A stretch of DNA of 64,000 nt. Source: Minisyncoccota bacterium (GTDB lineage Bacteria > Patescibacteriota > Minisyncoccia > Phycocordibacterales > UBA5272). The notes beneath the pieces were generated by a model. It saw only the letters and a program-made list of their open reading frames with translations. It had not been told where the DNA came from and searched no databases. The DNA lies in the NCBI GenBank assembly GCA_046350775.1, contig JAXLZS010000001.1, positions 90,441-154,440 of the forward strand. Reading direction: 5' to 3'. Made by a program: the position numbers and the translations under genes. Positions 11,764-21,496 of this stretch are shown here, one piece after another. Positions within the stretch are counted from its first letter, which is position 1. Every line of letters starts with the position of its first letter.

Positions 11764-12423
11764 TTAGTTAAATTCTAGATATTCTCCTTCTGATATCACT
11801 TCTACTTTATCGTCAACTATCTTTAGTGAAGAATTGTCATCGAGTGCATAGACTTTCTTTTGAAGAAAATCAGCTATCTTTTTTATATTTTCTTCTCTTG
11901 TTTTTAAAAAGTGAGGAGAATTAAGATGTGGTATAGAATATAGATCTACTAGATTTAATGCTTCCATATTACTAAATTCATTTTTTGAATCTAGATCATT
12001 AACAATTTTAGATATACTTTGTCCGATTTTTGGATTAGTTATTAGACTTCCAGCAGAGACGCCGACATAGACTTTGGTTTTTAGAAATTCTGGTAGAAGG
12101 GAGGCGAGGCCGGATTTATTTACCCACTCCATCAGATGATAAGTATTTCCTCCTTCAAAAAATATCACATCAGCCTCCTCGATTTGTGGTCGCCAAATAT
12201 TTTCTGGTACAGCAGAGATATCAGCGATACTGATTGATTTTAGTCCGAGCTTGTATAAATTATTCAGATCTTCAATTAACCAATCTTTGTCTCCCATTTC
12301 TACATTGCTAGCAGTTGGGATGAAGACGAGGGAAGTATCTTCTGGATTTTTTCCGACTAATTCAAAAAGAGCTTTTGCGATTGATGGGTTTGATATTCCG
12401 CTTGATGTTAAAAGTAATTTCAT
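11764..12423 (-). CDS. Peptidase E (S51) family protein
   Basis: KLLLTSSG, FIPTA, GGNT, GVSAG, IPH. Confidence 0.9.
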   Translation of the reverse strand: MKLLLTSSGISNPSIAKALFELVGKNPEDTSLVFIPTASNVEMGDKDWLIEDLNNLYKLGLKSISIADISAVPENIWRPQIEEADVIFFEGGNTYHLMEWVNKSGLASLLPEFLKTKVYVGVSAGSLITNPKIGQSISKIVNDLDSKNEFSNMEALNLVDLYSIPHLNSPHFLKTREENIKKIADFLQKKVYALDDNSSLKIVDDKVEVISEGEYLEFN

Positions 12424-12428
12424 AATTT

Positions 12429-13019
12429 TTATAAAAATTTATTTGGAAAATTTCCAGCCTGCTCATTTACAAACCTATTTCTATCCTCAAAAGCTTTTTT
12501 GATTTCTGGCAATACTATCTTTCTTTCCCAATCTTTTTTTAATTTATTTCTATTGTCCTGCATTAGCTCCTCAATACTTTTATTATTAAATTCTTTATAA
12601 TAAATATTCCAAAAAGGACCAACCAGATGTGCTGCAGCATCAGCAGAAGAGACTATTTTGACTTCGATAGGAGCTTGATTTAGATCTATTTCCATTTTCT
12701 TTTCAAAAATGTCTAAATATTCTAAAATAGTATTAATAAAATCAATTTCAAACCCTAATTCTAAAAGTTTTTCTTTTGTTTTTTCAAACATAGAGACATC
12801 GTGTTCCTTTTCTCTGCTTATGATTTTTGCATAATCGTGTGACCAGACTAATGTAAGAACAATGTTCTTATCAGCGTCTTTATAGATTTCGCACAATTCT
12901 AAAGATATCCTTTCTACAAGATCGAGATGATATTTTACATACCATTCATGATGTAAAAAATCTGGATTTTTGCAAGATTCTATAATCTGATTTTTAAATT
13001 CTTGTATAAGTTTTTCCAT
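12429..13019 (-). CDS. HD-domain protein
   Basis: H..V, SHDYAK, SADA motifs. Confidence 0.75.
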   Translation of the reverse strand: MEKLIQEFKNQIIESCKNPDFLHHEWYVKYHLDLVERISLELCEIYKDADKNIVLTLVWSHDYAKIISREKEHDVSMFEKTKEKLLELGFEIDFINTILEYLDIFEKKMEIDLNQAPIEVKIVSSADAAAHLVGPFWNIYYKEFNNKSIEELMQDNRNKLKKDWERKIVLPEIKKAFEDRNRFVNEQAGNFPNKFL

Positions 13020-13028
13020 ATTTTTAGA

Positions 13029-13535
13029 TTATATCATTTTTAAGATTTTCTTATTTATTAAAGGCAAAAAATGATCTTTATATTTTTCTTGTAATTCTTT
13101 TAGTTGCCAATCTTTACCGGTCACAATATGTCGACAATTAGGGGATCCGCATTTACATTCCCATTTTGAAATTTTATTTTCATCATTTTCCCACATTGCA
13201 TAATCCGCTGTGATTTCTTCTCCTTTTTCAATATCTATCATCGCTTCGAGTGTGAAAGCATTTCTCATCCAAACATTTGGCTCGCAAGAATGGTTTATAA
13301 AATAGGTATTACTCTCGCCACGATCTTCAATAGAAAATAAATTCTCATCAAATTGCATTACGAGTTTTCCTTCGCTCTTTGCTTTCTCAGCTTCTTCTTT
13401 TCCAAAATAATTTCCTCCCCAGATTATTACAGTTTCTCCTTTTGGTATTTGCTCAGTTGCAAACATACCTTTTCCACGATCAAGAGTTTCTTTTATTTCA
13501 ATTTTTGGATTTATATAATCTTCTTTTGGCGGCAT
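13029..13535 (-). CDS. SET-domain lysine methyltransferase with post-SET Zn motif
   Basis: GKGMFA, FINHSCEPN, GEEITADY, CKCGSPNCR. Confidence 0.92.
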   Translation of the reverse strand: MPPKEDYINPKIEIKETLDRGKGMFATEQIPKGETVIIWGGNYFGKEEAEKAKSEGKLVMQFDENLFSIEDRGESNTYFINHSCEPNVWMRNAFTLEAMIDIEKGEEITADYAMWENDENKISKWECKCGSPNCRHIVTGKDWQLKELQEKYKDHFLPLINKKILKMI

Positions 13536-13558
13536 AATTATTTAATTATATAGATTAA

Positions 13559-14149
13559 TTATTTTATATCATTAATCAATTCTGGGAATTTTTCTTGTGT
13601 AAAATGTCCTCTGTCTTCAAAAATTCTCAATGTCGCATTAGGTAAATCTCGTTTATATTTTTCTACATCAAAAAAAGCTACAGCAGTATCGTCTTTGCTT
13701 TGATATAAGAATATCTTATCAGTATAATCACTTAATTTTTCAACAGTATTTTCTAAAGCGAAATCAGCAAGTGATTCTTTTATTACTTCAGTATCATATG
13801 GCGCAGCAACCAAATGTAAGGATTTTATTTTTTTAGGAAAAGTATTTTCTGATAAATATTTAGCTAAAAATATTCCACCAAGAGAATGTCCTACTAAAAC
13901 CACTTCTTCTGTTAATAGGGGAAATAGTTTTTCAAACCATAATTTCCATTCCGAGTAGCGTGCATTTTTAGCGTTTGGCATTTTAGGATAAATCACTTCG
14001 TATTCTGGTAATTCTGAAGCTAAAAAATCTTTCCAATCTTTTCTGTTTATTTTTTCAAGTGATAATTCACAAGATTCTAAATAAGACCAGTATTCTTCAT
14101 AATTATCAAAAGTTGATCCTCCGTGAATTAATATTAATGATGTTTTCAT
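13559..14149 (-). CDS. RBBP9/YdeN-type alpha/beta hydrolase
   Basis: IHGG, GHSLG nucleophile elbow, SKDD, GHF. Confidence 0.88.
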   Translation of the reverse strand: MKTSLILIHGGSTFDNYEEYWSYLESCELSLEKINRKDWKDFLASELPEYEVIYPKMPNAKNARYSEWKLWFEKLFPLLTEEVVLVGHSLGGIFLAKYLSENTFPKKIKSLHLVAAPYDTEVIKESLADFALENTVEKLSDYTDKIFLYQSKDDTAVAFFDVEKYKRDLPNATLRIFEDRGHFTQEKFPELINDIK

Positions 14150-14162
14150 ATTTTAGATTATA

Positions 14163-14666
14163 TCATTTTTGTAAAAACCTAATATTGCCATTTTCTCCCA
14201 AAAAATCACTTTTGTCTTTACTGTATTCAGAATAAGGTTTACCTTGGTATTTCATTTTTAATTTATTATATTCTTCCAAAAGATTTTTATTTGATCTTAA
14301 TTCGTCTCTCACTTTATAACAATCATCGTATATGGAATCTTTAGTGGTGACTACGAGATCTATTGGTATATTATTTTTTGTGGTTTTAAAAATAGCAAAT
14401 CCTTCTTTCCAGAATTCTTTTCTTTTTTCTTTGAAATGAGATTTTAATATTTTAATTGCTTCCTCAAAATCTTTTTCTTCGACCCTTATTTGAAAATCCA
14501 AATCTAATTTTCCAACGGCTCCAGGTACAGAAGAACTACCAACATGTTCCACGTCAGAAAAAGGAAGTAATTCTTTAAATAAATTATCCAACTTGGTAGA
14601 AGTCTCTTTTGTAGATTTGATTAGTTCTTCAAAAGATAAAAAATAAACTGGTTGATCGTCCTTCAT
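14163..14666 (-). CDS. GrpB (UPF0157) nucleotidyltransferase-like protein
   Basis: EHVGSSSVPG..GK.DLD, RD.L......EY..LK, Y...K..F. Confidence 0.85.
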   Translation of the reverse strand: MKDDQPVYFLSFEELIKSTKETSTKLDNLFKELLPFSDVEHVGSSSVPGAVGKLDLDFQIRVEEKDFEEAIKILKSHFKEKRKEFWKEGFAIFKTTKNNIPIDLVVTTKDSIYDDCYKVRDELRSNKNLLEEYNKLKMKYQGKPYSEYSKDKSDFLGENGNIRFLQK

Positions 14667-14768
14667 ATTTTTGCTGTGATCTTCGAGACCGAACAGTAAT
14701 CGTTCAAGCTCTGTAAGGCTATTTTATTTATTTCATTTTACCATAAATGAAGCACTTTGAGCATTTAA

Positions 14769-15488
14769 TTATTTTATATATTTTTTTAATTCTACAGGCA
14801 AGGACTTTTTGGTCTCATTTTTTATCCAGGCACTTACTGCTTTCTTTACTTTGTTCTCTTTTACCAATTTTAAATATTTTTTCGCTGGTAATTTCCCAAC
14901 ATATTTTTTTCCAACGAATTCATATTCTTGAATTTTATCCCATTCAAATGGTTTTTTTATTTTTATTCTCTCTATAGGTCTTACAGGAAAGAAAGAAATC
15001 CATTCTTTGTATTTATTCCACTTACCCAGTTGGAGTATTTCATATGTCATCTCAAAAAAATCAAATCCTTCAAGCACATAAATATATCCATAATGCTTAC
15101 TGCCCAGATGCAATGTCCTGCCTTTATAAATCAGATTGTGATATATACGGCCTGATATATTTTTACGGACTTTTAAATAATCTTTGGAGTAAACTTTGCA
15201 AAAATCATCTGTTGGCTTTGCTCTAGCAAAAACAACAGGACTTCCAAATTCATACCCTCCTTCACCATAAGTATTTTTATTTTTTTGAGGATCAAGAATA
15301 GAAAATCTTTTTGGAGATGCATGAAATAAATATTTCTGCTTTGCTGGTTTTAAAGACAAAATACGAATATCTGTGTCAATTGGAACTATATTTTTCTCGG
15401 TAGTGTCTTTATTTTTACCCCAAATAACTTTATACCCATCTTTTGTTTTTAAAACAAATTCTAGTGATTTATATTTTCCCATACTCAT
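14769..15488 (-). CDS. Hypothetical protein, possible ADP-ribosyltransferase-like fold (start may be ATG 15482)
   Basis: 239-aa ORF; YLFHASP...VVFA...GYIYVL...EWIS pattern. Confidence 0.55.
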   Translation of the reverse strand: MSMGKYKSLEFVLKTKDGYKVIWGKNKDTTEKNIVPIDTDIRILSLKPAKQKYLFHASPKRFSILDPQKNKNTYGEGGYEFGSPVVFARAKPTDDFCKVYSKDYLKVRKNISGRIYHNLIYKGRTLHLGSKHYGYIYVLEGFDFFEMTYEILQLGKWNKYKEWISFFPVRPIERIKIKKPFEWDKIQEYEFVGKKYVGKLPAKKYLKLVKENKVKKAVSAWIKNETKKSLPVELKKYIK

Positions 15489-15576
15489 ATAATTATATCA
15501 CACGTTCAGTGCATTTCGCTCTATGCAGAACTCACGAAATATAGCCCTGACGCATCTTGAGCGACGCTCTTGTTTG

Positions 15577-15647
15577 CTGCCAGAACTGGAATCGAACCAA
15601 TATTCACAGCTTCAAAGGCTGCTGTCCTACCATTAGACGATCTGGCA
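15577..15647 (-). tRNA. tRNA-Gln(TTG)
   Basis: TGCCAGA/TCTGGCA acceptor, GCAGC-CT TTG AA-GCTGT, TTCGATT; no CCA. Confidence 0.95.
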
Positions 15648-15714
15648 ATATTTTTGTCTAAATAGTATATCAGAAAAACCTTAAAAAATAAAGAGACATT
15701 TTATCTTATTTTGA

Positions 15715-16455
15715 TTAGATATTTCCTTTAATCCAATTTTTTCTTTCCGCTTCCTCCATTTTTTCTATCGCATATCTCAGTGTGGTTCTTGGGATTTTAT
15801 GATAATTCTTTTTTAAAAATTTTCTGATTATTTCTTGATCGACTCTTTTGTAGACTTCTCTCAGCATCCAGCCATTGGCTTTATGTATGAGATCATGCTC
15901 GTGATGCAATAGTTTGTCTACCATTTCTAGTGTATCTTTAAAATTCTTTTCTTTCATTATAAAGTAGAGCGTCGCTATGATGGAGACTCTATTTTCCCAG
16001 AGATTTTTACTATCTGATAATTTTTGCAGTATTTCTTTTCTTTCTTTTTTATTTTTTGTATCCGAGAGATAGGCGCCGACTATCTTTGGAGCAGATGTGT
16101 CCACCAGATCCCAATTGTTGATATATTTTTTGATATTTTTTAGATAAATCTCAAAAATCTCTCTTCTTATTTTTTCATCTTTGGCTTTTTCAAATTTGTT
16201 GACCATTATGAGTAGGGCGAGGAGTCTCTCATCATGAAATTCTGATTTTAAAAGTTTTTCCGTATCTTTTAAATTTATATCTCCATATACTCTGACCAAT
16301 TTTCTAGTTTGGGGGACGGTGAGACCGAGAAATTTATCTCCTTCCCCATATTCTCCTTTTCCAGTTTTAAAAAATCTGAGTGCTAACTCAGCTCGCTGCA
16401 TACTGGCAATCTTTAAAATATGACCGTGTATTTCTTTTAATTTGTCTTGATTCAT
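15715..16455 (-). CDS. AlkD-like DNA alkylation repair protein
   Basis: FFKTGKGEYGEGDKFLG, NNWDLVD, DLIHKA.GWMLRE, PRTTLRYAIE. Confidence 0.9.
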   Translation of the reverse strand: MNQDKLKEIHGHILKIASMQRAELALRFFKTGKGEYGEGDKFLGLTVPQTRKLVRVYGDINLKDTEKLLKSEFHDERLLALLIMVNKFEKAKDEKIRREIFEIYLKNIKKYINNWDLVDTSAPKIVGAYLSDTKNKKERKEILQKLSDSKNLWENRVSIIATLYFIMKEKNFKDTLEMVDKLLHHEHDLIHKANGWMLREVYKRVDQEIIRKFLKKNYHKIPRTTLRYAIEKMEEAERKNWIKGNI

Positions 16456-16543
16456 AAAATTTAATATTTAAAAGCAAAATTTTGCATAGATATTTTGTAG
16501 TGTTATAATTATAACATTATAAACATTTTCTAAATATATAAAT

Positions 16544-17356
16544 ATGCTAAACACAGTAAAAAATTATTTTAAAAACGATCTTAAAAGTGTGATTTCTCGT
16601 CCAGCTTTTGTTCTCGGTGTCCTATTTTTATTAGGATTTGTAGTACTAGGAGCATATTTCAAATCTGGACTAAACAATATCTCAGTCCTCACCAATGCCC
16701 AAGGCATCACAGTCTCTGGTACAGCTGAAAAATTTGTGACTAGTGACAGAGGTACTATCTATCTAAATATCAAGACTGATTCACTAGATTCTTCTCCTGC
16801 AGTAGCTGTCAAAAAATTATCTGATGCAAGAGATTCTTTAATCAAATATTTAGTCAATTATGGTATTGAAGCAAAAGACATAGATGTGCTTTCTTTCAAC
16901 ACACTAGATCAATGTACACTTCGTGATAAAAATAGCTGGGATACTTGTCTTGGTAAAAAATATTTAGAATTCAATCAGACTATCAATATATCCTCAAATG
17001 ATGTAAATAAGATCAAAGATCTCTCTTTGAATATTAATAGCTATATCAACAACAATATCGCAAATTATTTTGCAGATATGTCTGTGACTGTCCAGAGTAC
17101 ACAATATTTTTATACAAAATTAGCTGATGTAAAGACAGAAATGCTCAATGAGGCTACTAAGAATGCTTTTGAGAGAGCAGAGGCGATAGCCAATTCTACC
17201 AGCAATCATGCTGGAGCTGTCATCACAGCTTCACAGGGAGTATTTCAGATTACAAGTCGTGATAGCATAGACACTAGTGATTATGGTTCATATGATACCA
17301 GTACTATAGATAAAAAGATCACAGCAGTAGTCAGAGTCAGTTTTAAAGTAAAATAA
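16544..17356 (+). CDS. SIMPL (DUF541) domain protein
   Basis: TM helix, ITVSG.AEK.V.SD, EAT.NA..RAE.IA, ASQGVFQIT, V.VSF. Confidence 0.88.
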   Translation: MLNTVKNYFKNDLKSVISRPAFVLGVLFLLGFVVLGAYFKSGLNNISVLTNAQGITVSGTAEKFVTSDRGTIYLNIKTDSLDSSPAVAVKKLSDARDSLIKYLVNYGIEAKDIDVLSFNTLDQCTLRDKNSWDTCLGKKYLEFNQTINISSNDVNKIKDLSLNINSYINNNIANYFADMSVTVQSTQYFYTKLADVKTEMLNEATKNAFERAEAIANSTSNHAGAVITASQGVFQITSRDSIDTSDYGSYDTSTIDKKITAVVRVSFKVK

Positions 17357-17374
17357 AATAATAAAAATTAAAAT

Positions 17375-19432
17375 ATGAAGCATACAGAAAATACTCAGCT
17401 TTTTCCTGATTGGAAAGCTATCTCAAAATTACAAAAATGGAAAAAGGCAGATTTCGATAATCTTTTAGAAAGATATGTAAATCATAAAAAAGAGGTTTAT
17501 CAAAAAATAAAATCTATCAAAAAAGAAGATAGAAATTTTGAAAATACAATTTTAGCGATCGAAAAAAGTAGTGATGCGTTTGTCAGTCTTTTATATCAGA
17601 TAGGAACATTTTCCAAGACACACAAAGATAAGAATTTTATAGATTTAGCTAACAGCTTTCAAAAGACGTTGTCAGAAAATATGATAAATATCGAGTACGA
17701 TAAAGATATTTATTTATATATAAAAGATTATATAGAAGGCAATTATAAAAAAGAAAAAAAGTATTTAGATAATAAATATGGTACAGGCAGTGTAAAGTTG
17801 GTGGAAGATTCTTTCAAAGAATACAAAAGGATGGGATTTGATTTGATAAAAGTAAAGCAAGATAAATTTAAGAATAATCTTAAGAAACTCTCAAAAATCT
17901 CTATAGATTTCTCACAAAACATTACTGAACATAAAGATTTCATTTTGTGTAATGAAGAAGAAATAAAAGGTCTTCCAGAAAACTTTGTAAACACTTTAGA
18001 AAAAGTAAATGGAAAATATAAAATAACTTTGGATTATCCAAGTATTGGTCCATTTTTACAATATGCATATAGTAGAGAAAAAAGAAAAGAGATTTCTGAT
18101 AAAAACTATAGAAAGGGAGGAGAAAAAAATTTAAAAATACTTACTGAGATGGTAAAAATTCGTGATGAGAACGCAAAACTTTTGGGTTATAAAAATCATG
18201 CAGATTTTAAAACAGAAAATAGAATGGCAAAATCAGAAAAAAATGTGAGAGATTTTGTGGAATCAATGATAAAAAAATTATTACCAAAATATAAAAAAGA
18301 ATTAGATGAATTAAATATTTTTGCAAAGAATAATTTATCGCAATATAAAAACGTAAAAAGTATTGAATATTACGATTTGTCTTATGTAGGCAACAAGTTA
18401 AAGGAATCAAAATACTCATATGACAGCTCTAAATTAAAAGAATATTTTGAACTAGATCACGTATTGAAACAGATGTTTAATATTTTTGGAAATTTGTTTA
18501 ATTTTTCTGTAAGAGAGATAGAAGAAAAAGAAAAAAAGGAAAAAAGTATTGTTTTATCAGATAAAGAAGTTAAACTTTTTGAATTGAAAGATAAAAATAC
18601 AAAACAAATAATGTCATATTTAATTCTGGATCTATTTCCTAGAGATGGTAAATACGGACACGCTTGCTCTTCGGAATTTATAAATAGTGAATACAGAGAT
18701 TCCAAGAGAGTTGTGCCTATAAACGAAATAATTTGTAATTTTCAACAACCAATAAAAAGTACACCTTCATTGTTAAATCTTGGAGAAGTTGAAACATTAT
18801 TTCATGAATTTGGCCACGCACTACATTACATGTTGACTGATTGTGTTTATGGTTCTCAGGCTGGATATAATACTGCTTGGGATTTCGTAGAGACTCCTAG
18901 TCAATTTTTGGAAGAGTTTTTATTCGAAGAAAATAATTTTAAAAAGTTAGCGGTTCACTATAAAACTAAAAAACCTTTAGATGTTTCTACTATTAAAAAA
19001 ATAATTGCTGGAAAAAACTTTTTAATTGGTTATTCATTTTTGAGACAAAACATACAATCTTTATTTGATTTAGATCTACACTCAAATAAAATAAAAAGTA
19101 ATAACTCTTCAAAATATTTTAATGATTTAATTAAAAAATACATTAATTTTAATTTACAAAAAGACTCTATTTTTCCCGCTGGCTTTGGCCATCTAAATGG
19201 ATATGATGCTGGCTACTATTCTTATATGTGGGCGTTGGTCTATGCCCAAGATTTTTATTCTGAATTCAAAAAGGTGATGAATGATAAAAATAAATTGAAA
19301 GAGATAGGCGAAAGATATAGAAAAGAAATACTTGAAGTTGGTGGAAGTAGGGACGAGATGGAATCTGCTAAAAAATTCTTAAAGAGAAATCCAAACAACA
19401 AAGCCTTTTTGCAAGAGCTCGGTATAAAATAA
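17375..19432 (+). CDS. M3 family oligopeptidase (thimet-like)
   Basis: LDLFPRDGKYGHA, TLFHEFGHALH, DFVETPSQ, GYDAGYYSYMW. Confidence 0.95.
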   Translation: MKHTENTQLFPDWKAISKLQKWKKADFDNLLERYVNHKKEVYQKIKSIKKEDRNFENTILAIEKSSDAFVSLLYQIGTFSKTHKDKNFIDLANSFQKTLSENMINIEYDKDIYLYIKDYIEGNYKKEKKYLDNKYGTGSVKLVEDSFKEYKRMGFDLIKVKQDKFKNNLKKLSKISIDFSQNITEHKDFILCNEEEIKGLPENFVNTLEKVNGKYKITLDYPSIGPFLQYAYSREKRKEISDKNYRKGGEKNLKILTEMVKIRDENAKLLGYKNHADFKTENRMAKSEKNVRDFVESMIKKLLPKYKKELDELNIFAKNNLSQYKNVKSIEYYDLSYVGNKLKESKYSYDSSKLKEYFELDHVLKQMFNIFGNLFNFSVREIEEKEKKEKSIVLSDKEVKLFELKDKNTKQIMSYLILDLFPRDGKYGHACSSEFINSEYRDSKRVVPINEIICNFQQPIKSTPSLLNLGEVETLFHEFGHALHYMLTDCVYGSQAGYNTAWDFVETPSQFLEEFLFEENNFKKLAVHYKTKKPLDVSTIKKIIAGKNFLIGYSFLRQNIQSLFDLDLHSNKIKSNNSSKYFNDLIKKYINFNLQKDSIFPAGFGHLNGYDAGYYSYMWALVYAQDFYSEFKKVMNDKNKLKEIGERYRKEILEVGGSRDEMESAKKFLKRNPNNKAFLQELGIK

Positions 19433-19437
19433 AATTT

Positions 19438-19475
19438 TAAAACTCCTTTTAATTAAAAGTTAAAAGGAGTTTTAA
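19438..19475 (+). terminator. Intrinsic terminator
   Basis: AAAACTCCTTTTAA-loop-TTAAAAGGAGTTTT. Confidence 0.7.
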
Positions 19476-19643
19476 TTTTGCTTTAATTTAGATTTTGTGG
19501 TATTATTTTAATATCTTAAAAGCAGGCGATGCTTTTATTTTTATCACCAAATAATCCAAAAAATTAAAAATTATTTTTTCAAATTGAGCCCCGCTTCGCG
19601 AAAAATTTTCAAAAATAATTTTTAATTAAATATTAATAAAATT

Positions 19644-21443
19644 ATGAATCAAGAATACACAGAAATTAGAAATATTGCGATCATTGCACACGTGGACCAT
19701 GGAAAGACTACTTTGACTGACGCCCTCATGAAAGAGTGTGGAGTGCTAGAAGAAGGCTTTTCAATGGATACAAATGATCTAGAAAAAGAGCGTGGTATTA
19801 CAATCTATGCCAAAAATACTTCTGTGATATACAAAGGTACAAAAATAAATATTCTCGATACTCCTGGACATGCCGATTTCGGATCAGAGGTAGAGCGTGT
19901 ACTTCGCTCTATTGACTCAGTTTTGCTTCTGGTTGATGCGCAAGAAGGACCTATGCCACAGACAAGGTTTGTGCTAAAAAAGTCTCTAGAGCTCGGTTTA
20001 AAGCCTATAGTGGTCATTAATAAGATAGACAAGCCAGCTTCAGATTGTCAGAGAGTACATGATGAGGTTTTTGAGCTATTTTTAGAATTAGGTGCCAATG
20101 ATGATCAGCTCGATTTTACTACTGTCTACGCTATCGGTCGTGAGGGTGTGGCTATGAAAAATTTAAATGATGAAAGAAAAAATCTCGAGCCATTACTTAA
20201 TACAATACTTGAAAAAGTGCCAAAAGCGACAGGTGACAAAGCAAATTCTTTTGTAGCGCAAGTATTCAATCTTGCTTATGACAATTTTCTCGGACGTATG
20301 GCGGTAGCTCGTGTTTATGACGGTGAAGCAAAAGTCGGAGAGACTATTTTTGTGAGAGATCAATTTTCTGGAAAGGTGACCAGCGGAAAGATCACAAAGA
20401 TTTATACTTTTGTCGGTGTAAAAAAGATTGAATCAGATACAGCTGTCGCAGGAGATATCGTCATGATCGCTGGATTTCCAGATATTTTCATAGGAGAAAG
20501 TTTCTTGAAAGATCCAGAAGGACAAGGCAAGCCTGCTATTCATGTCGATGAACCAACGATCTCTCTAAATTTTTTAGTGAATGACAGTCCGTTTGCTGGT
20601 CGTGAAGGAAAATTTGTCACAAGTAGACAAATCAGAGATAGGTTAGAAAAAGAGCTAGAAGTAAATGTAGGATTAAAAGTAGATTTTGATACTGATAAAT
20701 ATTTAGTTTACGGAAGAGGAGAAATGCATATCGCTGTGCTTCTTGAAAATATGAGAAGAGAGGGATATGAATTACAAGTTTCTCAACCACAAGTTATTTT
20801 CCATGAAAAAGAAAATGGAGACAAAGAAGAGCCTTTTGAGGAAGTGGTGGTAGATGTGCCTACAGAGTTTTCTGGTGTAGTCATGGAAAAGCTTGGCAGA
20901 AGAAAAGGTATTGTACTTGATATGAGTGAAAGAGAGGGTATCACACGTATCAAGGCCGAAGTACCAACTAGAGGACTACTTGGATACAGAGGTGAATTTA
21001 TCATTGATACAAAGGGTCTTGGTATTTTGTCTTCAAGATTTAGAAAATTCGGGGACTTTGTTGGTCCAATTCAAAGAAAGCTCGCAGGATCTATGACAAG
21101 TATGGAAAATGGTAAGGCTCTCGGATTTTCACTTTGGAATCTTCAAGAAAGAGGTGTGCTTTATATCGGTCCAGGAACTGAAGTGTACGATGGTATGATA
21201 ATTGGTAATACAAGTAAGGGTGAAGAGATGGTAGTCAATCCGACCAAAGGTAAACAGCTCACAAATATGCGTGCCTCAGGAGCTGATGAAGCTATCAATC
21301 TTGTCCCAGCGTGGGAGCTTTCAATAGAAAGAGGACTTGAAATAATGAATGAAGATGAATATTTGGAAGTCACTCCAAAATCTGTCAGACTAAGAAAGCA
21401 AATCTTAAATGAATCAATGCGCGCAAAAGCAAATAGAAAGTAA
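19644..21443 (+). CDS. typA: GTPase TypA/BipA
   Basis: AHVDHGKTTL, DTPGHADFG, GREGKFVTSR, EVTPKSVRLRK. Confidence 0.97.
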   Translation: MNQEYTEIRNIAIIAHVDHGKTTLTDALMKECGVLEEGFSMDTNDLEKERGITIYAKNTSVIYKGTKINILDTPGHADFGSEVERVLRSIDSVLLLVDAQEGPMPQTRFVLKKSLELGLKPIVVINKIDKPASDCQRVHDEVFELFLELGANDDQLDFTTVYAIGREGVAMKNLNDERKNLEPLLNTILEKVPKATGDKANSFVAQVFNLAYDNFLGRMAVARVYDGEAKVGETIFVRDQFSGKVTSGKITKIYTFVGVKKIESDTAVAGDIVMIAGFPDIFIGESFLKDPEGQGKPAIHVDEPTISLNFLVNDSPFAGREGKFVTSRQIRDRLEKELEVNVGLKVDFDTDKYLVYGRGEMHIAVLLENMRREGYELQVSQPQVIFHEKENGDKEEPFEEVVVDVPTEFSGVVMEKLGRRKGIVLDMSEREGITRIKAEVPTRGLLGYRGEFIIDTKGLGILSSRFRKFGDFVGPIQRKLAGSMTSMENGKALGFSLWNLQERGVLYIGPGTEVYDGMIIGNTSKGEEMVVNPTKGKQLTNMRASGADEAINLVPAWELSIERGLEIMNEDEYLEVTPKSVRLRKQILNESMRAKANRK

Positions 21444-21454
21444 TTTTAAATAAA

Positions 21455-21487
21455 AATAAAACCACTCAAATAATGAGTGGTTTTATT
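21455..21487. terminator. Bidirectional terminator
   Basis: AATAAAACCACTCA-AATAA-TGAGTGGTTTTATT between convergent genes. Confidence 0.75.
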
Positions 21488-21496
21488 TAGTATTAA

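Noticed and set aside
14667-14725. Riboswitch upstream of the GrpB-like gene
   Set aside because: The GC-richer stretch reads in frame with the gene (NSLTELERLLFGLEDHSKN-M) and may be a decayed N-terminal extension; only one modest hairpin.
10790-15488. Integron cassette array
   Set aside because: Most spacers are too short for attC, no RYYYAAC..GTTRRRY palindromes were seen, and there is no integrase.
19525-19600. Fluoride riboswitch (GGCGATG start) before typA
   Set aside because: Only the first 7 nt match; the downstream pseudoknot elements are absent.
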